Shown here piece after piece: positions 1-5,875 of a DNA stretch of 5,875 nucleotides (the first letter of the stretch is position 1; each line of letters begins with the position of its first letter). The DNA lies in contig JAKMXF010000097.1 in NCBI GenBank assembly GCA_024704765.1, positions 1 through 5,875 on the forward strand. The letters are read 5' to 3'. The notes beneath the pieces are model-generated. The model saw nothing but the letters and a program-made list of their open reading frames with translations. It ran no database searches and was not told the origin of the DNA. Origin of the DNA: Oopsacas minuta. Its lineage: Eukaryota; Animalia; Porifera. Both the position numbers and the translations under genes were made by a program.

Positions 1-1393
1 CTATTTTTAGCCAATATAGTAATTTATAATAATAATAAACAAGCATAAAGCAACAGGAATTCTGATTTCATAGCTCATACAAGAAATGAGTCAGTTATAA
101 ACTTTGAAAATTCAAACAATACAAATACTTTTTCAAGTCAATTGAATGATAAAATTAGTAGAAACAATCTAGATACAACATTCATACATTCTAGCAAACC
201 ATAAAACATATCTTTGGAAATTCAAATTTTGTATAAGAATACCCTTACTCAGTTTAGCAGGCCAAATACTTAATTTGGACGATAACAATTATACTTACGT
301 TGACATTTGAAGAGAACAAATGGTGTAGAATACCGAATCAGAGATGAAAGAAATAAAAGTGCTAATTATTGAGGAAAACAAGACAATAATTCAATAGAAA
401 TTCGGGAAGAAATCAGGAAGAAATAGAAATGAATAAAAATTAGATAATTTTTAATAAATTATAAATGAGAATTTCCAAACTTATGGGTGTATAAAAATTG
501 AAATTGTCATAGATTGTGAATATGCGAAGTATTTGGAAAAATTGATATTATCCATTGGCTATGTACGGTATCGGCTCCTCTAATTGTATCAATTTTTCTT
601 TTCACCTCTTTTATACCTATATTTACCCACACATGATGAAAACTGGAACTTATACGTCTTGCCGTTAGTTTCATATTAAACCATAGAATTACGATTTGGG
701 AGCATATCTAATTGAAGAGCATTGACGAAATGTCCGAGTACGAAGGAAGAAATATTTCGAGTTTTAAAATTGTATCAAAGAAATTGTAATGTTTCAAACT
801 TGAATTGATAAAGTTACTAATCATATTTATTACTTTGATTGGTGAGAAGACTGCTGACAGGCTTATGGCAGTTCAAAGAGAGTTTGAAGTATTTCAATGA
901 TCGGATTTCTTTGGAGTGGAATAATTAAAATTAACAGTGAATAATACAAACTCTATGAACAACAAATACACATGCAATGTGATCATAACTATCCTATTTC
1001 ATCGTATCGTTTGAAAATGCCAAAAATGGAAAGAAAAATCGATAAACACCCATTCAAATGTACAAAACCACTATTGCTCAATATTTTTTGGGCCAAATAG
1101 CTTCCTTAAACACTTCCTGTGGACGAAGAAACGCCCCCCAGGGTGAGAAAACTGGTGTAAACTAATAAATACCAAGTTAGAGTATTAAATGATATAATTA
1201 GTTCAACAACAGCAGAATCCATAGAAATAACTAATACAAAATAAATAGCAATGATTATATCTATTGTATCAGTACGGAGATTAGAAATATACAATTCAAA
1301 ATATTACAAAGCTTTAGAGAAATAAGTTTAGTGCAAACTACAAATAATATACAAATGAGGGCTGACCTATAGCTAGCGGATATTTACATAGTT

Positions 1394-1487
1394 TCAAGCA
1401 AAATACACTCCTTTGAGAATCTCATCGTGTATCTGTACTAGTTTAGACGGGTTTAAAGTTCTCCGCTCATCGTTTACAAACTCAATA
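1394..1487 (-). pseudogene. AGO: AGO terminal pseudo-exon ending VQIHDEILKGVYFA*
   Basis: The C-terminal motif and TGA stop (1396-1394) are clear. The 5' boundary is inferred: pyrimidine tract ctctttatt followed by GG (1489-1488) where AG is expected, giving the phase needed to join the phase-2 donor at 1666. Confidence 0.72.
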
Positions 1488-1666
1488 CCAATAAAGAGAT
1501 TCATTAATATATTTGCGAGACAATAGTCACCATTAAAATGCATTGGGTACAACATTTGTAACATTTTCTCAGAGATGAACCAAGATTTCTCATAAATAAT
1601 TAGAATAATTCCGAGTTCAACAACTTTACATGAATATACTAAGGTTGAATATTATGAATAACTTAC

Positions 1667-1866
1667 CCATGTTCATCTCTCTTCATCAAATGGTATCTAC
1701 CTCTGAAAGCAACTAAATGCGCGTAATAAGCAGGAGCTGGAATAGATACAGATCTGGTACACCCTACATATGTATGACATAATTGGTAAGCAAGAGATTG
1801 TATCTCATCAGCTGTAAAGTTGTTCCCACCACATAATACGTGGCAATGAGATGGATGAGATGCTCC
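1667..1866 (-). pseudogene. AGO: AGO pseudo-exon (200 nt, phase 0/2) containing PAPAYYAH
   Basis: Acceptor ctcatag ending at 1867 and donor gtaagt at 1666-1661. The frame is open, but GTSRP has become GASHP, HYHVLWDD has become HCHVLCGG and YVRC has become YVGC. Confidence 0.92.
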
Positions 1867-1938
1867 CTATGAGAACAATATTTAATTGAATTATCGGTTG
1901 AATATAAATTGATCGAAGGTCCAATTGAAACAGTAGGA

Positions 1939-2090
1939 CAGCGGTCCCAAACATTTTCACCCGAGAACCCATATGCCATTTCAACACATGCTGTGGAACT
2001 CTTCACATAAACTTTTGAGATCCTGTGGACCCCTGTTGTCATCTGTGGACCACGCAATGATCCACGGACCCGCGGCATTAAGAATTTCTA
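1939..2090. mobile_element. Possible degenerate hAT (Charlie-like) MITE in an AGO intron
   Basis: A GC-richer island in an AT-rich intron. It starts CAGCGGTCCCAAACATTTT, resembling hAT termini (CAG-GGT-CCCAA), carries repeated GTGGACC/CGGACCC subterminal-like motifs (~2023-2070) and ends ...CCACGGACCCGCGGCATTAAGAATTTCTA. The two ends match poorly and no 8-bp TSD is visible. Confidence 0.35.
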
Positions 2091-2310
2091 CCTATCAAAA
2101 TCAATAAGATCGCTAAAGTATAATCCAATCATATAACTTGATACAAAACTTATATACATATTCCAAAATATGTGTAAAATAGTCCCAAAAATAAGAACTT
2201 ACAAATATTTACATATAACGCTAGCGTATCCATAAATGAAGCAAATTATAATCTACAAATTACAACTACAGATGCCATAAATAATTAATATTACTTTCCA
2301 ATATACATAC

Positions 2311-2547
2311 CTGAATACCTGAATGACTATACAGATAGAAATCAAATTCTGTTGGATGAGTAATAGCCACATCTACTGTAGTACCAGCTGGGATGTTACC
2401 AGATTTACCACATTGATCTTTCTTCTCTCAACAGAACAGATGGGTGTGGTGTCTCTTCTGGACGGTAACGAATGTAAGTCCAGGCTTGTAGTTAGCTTCT
2501 AGTTTACTACAAGCTTCTCTTACTGCTCTCCATTCTTGATTCAATAC
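2311..2547 (-). pseudogene. AGO: AGO pseudo-exon (237 nt, phase 0/0), VLNQE...HSGIQ, with internal TGA
   Basis: Acceptor cag at 2550-2548 and donor gtatgt at 2310-2305. 79 codons collinear with AGO VLHHELLAIREAC...HAGIQ; TGA at 2430-2428. Confidence 0.92.
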
Positions 2548-2631
2548 CTGTGACGTAAATAGACTCATTACATCATAACTATCATACTTTCAACCCTCTC
2601 AGAATCTTGCAATTTACAAGAAATTTTGCGA

Positions 2632-2671
2632 AATATTCAATAAGTCAGCCACTTCTGACTTATTGAATATT
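2632..2671. repeat. Perfect 17-bp inverted repeat with a 6-nt spacer (potential hairpin/cruciform)
   Basis: AATATTCAATAAGTCAG (2632-2648) + CCACTT + CTGACTTATTGAATATT (2655-2671); ends 11 bp before the minisatellite. Confidence 0.95.
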
Positions 2672-2682
2672 GGAGAGAATAA

Positions 2683-3026
2683 TACAGGTAACAGTGGATA
2701 CAGGTAGCAATGGATACTGGTAGCAGTGGGTACAGGTAGCAGTGGATACTGGTAGCAGTGGATACAGGTAACAGTGGATACAGGTAACAGTGGATACAGG
2801 TAGCAGTGGATACTGGTAGCAGTGGGTACAGGTAGCAGTGGATACTGGTAGCAGTGGATACAGGTAACAGTGGACACAGGTAACAGTGGATACAGGTAGC
2901 AGTGGATACTGGTAGCAGTGTATACTGGTAGCAGTGGATACAGGTAACAGTGGATACTGATAGCAGTGGATACAGGTAGCAGTGGATACAAGTAGCAGTG
3001 TATACTGGTAGCAGTGGATACAGGTA
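2683..3026. repeat. 16-bp minisatellite, consensus TAC(A/T)GGTA(G/A)CAGTGGA, ~21.5 copies, with a 96-bp (6-unit) higher-order repeat
   Basis: Counted unit by unit: 21 full units from 2683 to 3018 plus a partial unit. Blocks 2683-2778 and 2779-2874 differ at one base. Confidence 0.97.
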
Positions 3027-3400
3027 CCAGGGGCATCTATGGTATGCCAGTTATAAGAACCATGGATATTTACTAACCTGGGAGGGAAAATAAGACTACG
3101 ATAAGACTAACCCGGTCAAATTATTGCTAGCATTTATATCAATAAATGTAGTGATTTGTTGAATAAGAATTTGGTAAATACAAACATTTTATTTTGTATT
3201 TTTCCCTAACTTTCTTTTCTTAGTTTCCGTCTTTACAAATCGTGCATAGGTGAGAACATGTGTAACATTGTGGCTAAGGAGTATGGGAGTCGGGACTCTC
3301 AGGCTCCTGAAGACATTCTTGGACTCACTGCGTCGCTGTGCCACCAAAATAGAGCAAAGCTCTACCTCTTTGCTTTCTTGTAGGAATTGGAAGATTCCTG

Positions 3401-4443
3401 TTAAGACATTAAATCTTTAAGTGACGCCTTAAGTAATTTCCTAGCAACCGAATCATTCTGAGGAATTTGTAGAGTATTTGCCATTTTATGATAATCATAT
3501 GAGTTATCAAAATATAGGACAGCTCCGTGTGAGACCTCTGGACGCAATGTTTCCAGTGTAACCACCCAGATCAATGGAATGTAACCATAAGGAAAGCTGT
3601 CTTATGGACAAGAAGGGTAGATCTGTCCTGTCCGTGAATGATTATCTCTGCTGGTTTTCTAGAATATTCCTCTCATAGTTGAAGGAACGGAGAGCAAACA
3701 TTCCCTACTGGAGACTATTCCTGTGAGAACTCTTAACCATGCCTAAACTGGTCCTTAGTTCCTTCTGGACAGATGTTTTAGCACCCTTCCGTCTACACAG
3801 CATTGTCTTGAAATACCAGGAAGGTAAATAACAACAAATACACGTGTTAACTAAATAGTAAATAACAACAAACCTGAAAATATTGCTGTACTGAGTTAGA
3901 CCGAGAGAAGGCAGCCAATGAGAAGCAATCCATTCGTGGTTAACAGCACTGTAGGTGGAGTAGAGACAAGGGGTACTAGATTTAGAGAGAGCTGCCTGCT
4001 CTTGGACAGCATTTACGAGTTTGAGTCTCAGAAGGGGTTGTAGTATTCCCAGTTCTTGTTCGTAGTCCCTCTTGTCCATTGACAGGAGCATGGGAACTGT
4101 TTCCAATTGCAATCTGACTGCATCTCCCACTGACTCCGGGAAACCCCTGCTCCACCTCCACCCCCATGTGGGAGAACCTCTGGAGACCATAACAGGAATC
4201 GTGTGTTCTCACATTTCACGAATGAGATTGAGGCCTGTAGTCTAGCTAGTCTCCCTTCTGGCGCCTCACACACTCCTAGACAAGAGGGGGTCTCTTTTGT
4301 ACCCGGAGACTTAGTTCCCCTAAAGGAACTGAGTATCTGTTGGATAGAAGATTTCCTCTTGAGTGATTTCTTGCGGAAGCGGGACATGTAGAGCTTGGGA
4401 GCTACTGGCTCCAATTCTGTCCTATCAAAGAGGGACTCATCCA
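3401..4443 (-). pseudogene. PPFIA: Disabled liprin-alpha-like (liprin/kazrin family) gene region with three SAM domains; exons ~4443-3874 and 3806-~3401, possibly extending to ~3189
   Basis: Stitched translation: ...KKSLKRKSSIQQIL...RFLLWSPEVL/xx/W/VEVEQGFP/ESVGDAVRLQLETVPMLLSMDKRDYEQELGILQPLLRLKLVNAVQEQ...NHEWIASHWLPSLGLTQYSNIFR|QCCVDGRVLKHLS/QKELRTSLGMVKSSHRNSLQ*GMFALRSFNYERNILENQQR*SFTDRTDLPFLSIRQLSLWLHSIDLGGYTGNIASRGL/HGAVLYFDNSYDYHKMANTLQIPQNDSVARKLL. This matches liprin-alpha motifs (LHRLKLRLAIQE; NHEWIGNEWLPSLGLPQY; LVDARML; FHRNSLQYG; SGVHGA; LQIP). Frameshifts at ~4175-4136, ~3768 and ~3530; stops TAG 3707-3705 and TAA 3644-3642. Acceptor tag at 4446-4444. The family call is strong; the subfamily call is less so. 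Confidence 0.85.
3807..3873 (-). other. 67-nt GT-AG intron in SAM2 of the liprin-like copy, containing a 15-bp direct repeat
   Basis: GT at 3873-3872 and aag at 3809-3807. Removing it joins YSNIF-R-QCCVDGRVL without a gap against liprin YRSYFMECLVDARML. GTAAATAACAACAAA (plus strand) occurs at 3824-3838 and 3858-3872. Confidence 0.8.
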
Positions 4444-4733
4444 CTATATGTCAGTAATCAGATATTGTGGTAGCGGTTATTTACAGTAGTGTTCGCCTAA
4501 TAGCAATATTGCTCAATAAGTAAGTTACTCTTAGCCCCTAAGTGAGTATTTCTTGTATATTTTGTTCCTCTAATAGCAAGTTAGCTTATTAGTTAGCAAA
4601 TTTCGTTCCAAATGCGACTTGTTATTACTCAAACACCACAGATAATGCATATTGATTACACTGTGCTTTATAGTGTATCTAAACAATATACTAAAGTAGT
4701 ATTACGAATGGAAATATCAAAGAGTTCAAATAT

Positions 4734-5096
4734 TCATTGAAATTTTCGTGATCGGGTTATCAGTCCTGTAGATTGCTTAGGTGTTAGTGTGATTTTGGAA
4801 TTCACATTTCTACAACAATCAGGCATTGCTACAATATTCTTGGAGCGGATAGATCCTTGCCTAATTAAAGCATCTAAATTATCTTTCCCCTCAACCATCA
4901 CCATGTACCTCTCAACTCTCCCAAGAGAATTGCGTTTTCCCAATTTCAATTTGGCTCTCTTGGGAGTCTTTAGAGGAGATGAAAAGGTAACCTCCTTGAT
5001 ATTATAATTCCGAAACTTCCCTTTCCCTCTGAGCGAAGACGTAAATGCTCTCATCTCATTTTCCTTTCCCAATCAACTTCCAGAAATCGGAAGCAT
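4734..5096 (-). pseudogene. Possible first coding exon of the liprin-like copy or of another gene: basic, low-complexity frame interrupted by TGA
   Basis: ATG at 5096-5094 (MLPISGS), TGA at 5075-5073, then 112 open codons (...SSPLKTPKRAKLKLGKRNSLGR...RQGSIRSK...). TATAAA lies ~55 nt upstream of the ATG. No family recognised, and no convincing donor to the 4443 acceptor. Confidence 0.3.
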
Positions 5097-5147
5097 GCTT
5101 GTGACACCCCCCACTCACCAACAAAGCACTCCATGTGTCTACGTCCC

Positions 5148-5193
5148 TTTATATTGTCGTGAGAGCCAGTTTCTAAGTCGTTGAGAGCCAGTT
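5148..5193 (-). promoter_or_regulatory. Candidate promoter: TATAAA preceded by a tandem 16/17-bp direct repeat
   Basis: TATAAA on the minus strand at 5153-5148. AACTGGCTCTCA(A)CGAC is repeated at 5193-5177 and 5171-5156. Confidence 0.25.
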
Positions 5194-5367
5194 CCCTTTC
5201 GATTACATATATATTAAGATAAATATCCCGAAATGACAACAAACTTCTATTTGTAAATTAGTATTATAATGTAAATACCAATTCTGCTAACTTCATCACT
5301 AAATCCCGCCTAAACAACTCAACCACAAATTTATGAACCTCAACGATGTCACAAAGGATCCACATAC

Positions 5368-5417
5368 CAAATAAATGGATCAGGTTGAAACCTGAAACTG
5401 GACTTGTAGCTACGGTC
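5368..5417 (-). other. Candidate 50-nt orphan exon (DRSYKSSFRFQPDPFI in phase 0)
   Basis: Flanked by ...ttattaaactacag (AG at 5419-5418) and gtatgt (5367-5362), the same donor hexamer used by the AGO exon. No product recognised. Confidence 0.25.
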
Positions 5418-5574
5418 CTGTAGTTTAATAAGTATAGTTTGCCTAAAAATGCCAAATACACACTGGCCTTCTCGAGAACCTATCTAGCCGTATAGTAAGT
5501 AGGCTATTGTATCTTCTCTAGCGAAGTTAAGATCAAAAATAAGAGAGGGAAGTTTCTAAGCGGGGATAGTTGAA

Positions 5575-5597
5575 TACTAGCGCTACGCTTGCTAGTA
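5575..5597. repeat. Imperfect palindrome TACTAGC...GCTAGTA with a GCTACGC core
   Basis: TACTAGC (5575-5581) pairs with GCTAGTA (5591-5597). The core 5582-5588 is the reverse complement of the GCGTAGC core of the 5641-5671 hairpin. Confidence 0.75.
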
Positions 5598-5640
5598 CGC
5601 TGTACGACACTATGTATTGATTAAACAGCTAATGCTTATA

Positions 5641-5671
5641 GAGTTATTGGTCGCGTAGCGACCAATAACTC
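5641..5671. repeat. Perfect 14-bp inverted repeat with a GTA triloop
   Basis: GAGTTATTGGTCGC (5641-5654) + GTA + GCGACCAATAACTC (5658-5671). Confidence 0.95.
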
Positions 5672-5875
5672 GAGCCAATAATATACCCATCTGACTTAGC
5701 CCATGATATACTCATTATTACTCAATAAACAGAATAGTGAAATGTAAGTAATCAATTCAGTGATAATTGGGATACAGCTGTTTATAGTCTTTAATGTGGT
5801 TATTTCTCGTATCCTGGCTACAACAACCTGTAGCAATCAGGCGTTGAGCCATCTCCCTAACCCGCAAATCATTCA

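Larger units (their letters stand above)
1394..2547 (-). pseudogene. AGO: 5'-truncated, disabled Argonaute (AGO clade) copy; three terminal exons (2547-2311, 1866-1667, 1487-1394) encoding the C-terminal part of PIWI
   Basis: Manual minus-strand translation gives [78 protein letters not shown] | [67 protein letters not shown] | IEFVNDERRTLNPSKLVQIHDEILKGVYFA*. This matches the eukaryotic AGO C-terminus ([43 protein letters not shown], terminal MYFA). In-frame TGA at 2430-2428 and many substitutions at conserved sites. No upstream AGO exon seen in the window. Confidence 0.93.

Noticed and set aside
1106-1294. 62-aa hydrophobic ORF
   Set aside because: The expected product of a T-rich strand opposite A-rich sequence; no supporting signals.
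1764-2078. 104-aa ORF
   Set aside because: Runs through intron and putative MITE sequence and overlaps the AGO exon out of frame.
2632-2671. Hairpin as a pre-miRNA/mirtron or Rho-independent terminator
   Set aside because: At 40 nt it is too short for a canonical pre-miRNA, it is not at splice boundaries, and bacterial terminators do not apply here.
2683-3026. CRISPR array
   Set aside because: Contiguous 16-bp units with no unique spacers, no cas genes and a eukaryotic context.
2614-3036. 140-aa repetitive ORF (PLLPVSTATSIHCYLY)n
   Set aside because: An artefact of translating a 16-bp minisatellite (48-nt, 16-aa period); no coding evidence.
3188-3193. AATAAA as the liprin poly(A) signal
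   Set aside because: Plausible position, but the hexamer is too common in AT-rich DNA to support alone.
1394-3806. Variant genetic code or stop-codon readthrough explaining the internal stops
   Set aside because: All three stop types occur internally, TGA is also the true AGO terminator, and frameshifts in both directions and missense decay accompany them.
4136-4147. Programmed -1 frameshift at G_GGT_TTC
   Set aside because: The heptamer is phased in the downstream frame, so slippage would leave the SAM frame. Other lesions disable the gene anyway.
3705-4444. ORFs 4028-4444, 3982-4212 and 3705-4190 as three separate genes
   Set aside because: They are frameshifted pieces of one liprin-like sequence, and the tail of 3705-4190 reads through a 67-nt intron.
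4203-5007. Plus-strand ORFs 4203-4391 and 4789-5007
   Set aside because: Short antisense shadows of minus-strand frames with no recognisable motif.
5051-5461. ORFs 5051-5242 and 5264-5461
   Set aside because: Short, with no recognisable family, and they cross apparent splice and promoter-like signals.
5759-5873. Minus-strand frame NDLRVREMAQRLIATG... as the missing upstream AGO exon
   Set aside because: Only a vague resemblance to DLAAMVRELL. It lacks RIIFYRDGVSEGQF and is cut off by the window edge.

Overview
AT-rich eukaryotic (animal-like) genomic DNA with GT-AG introns. No intact protein-coding gene can be supported. The window holds two intron-containing, disabled gene copies head-to-tail on the minus strand. 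(1) A liprin-alpha-like triple-SAM region (~4443-3401) with at least 3 frameshift sites and in-frame TAG/TAA stops. (2) About 0.65-0.85 kb downstream, the last three exons only of an AGO-clade Argonaute (2547-1394; C-terminal part of PIWI), with an in-frame TGA, loss of many normally invariant residues and an apparently destroyed last splice acceptor. Between them lie a 16-bp minisatellite (~21.5 copies, with a 96-bp higher-order unit) and a perfect 17-bp inverted repeat. There is also a possible hAT-type MITE remnant in an AGO intron, GNA-loop DNA hairpins near 5575-5671 and weaker exon-like or decayed ORF-like sequence at both ends. Most supplied ORFs are fragments, shadows or repeat artefacts. 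All family assignments are by eye from remembered motifs; no database search was run.
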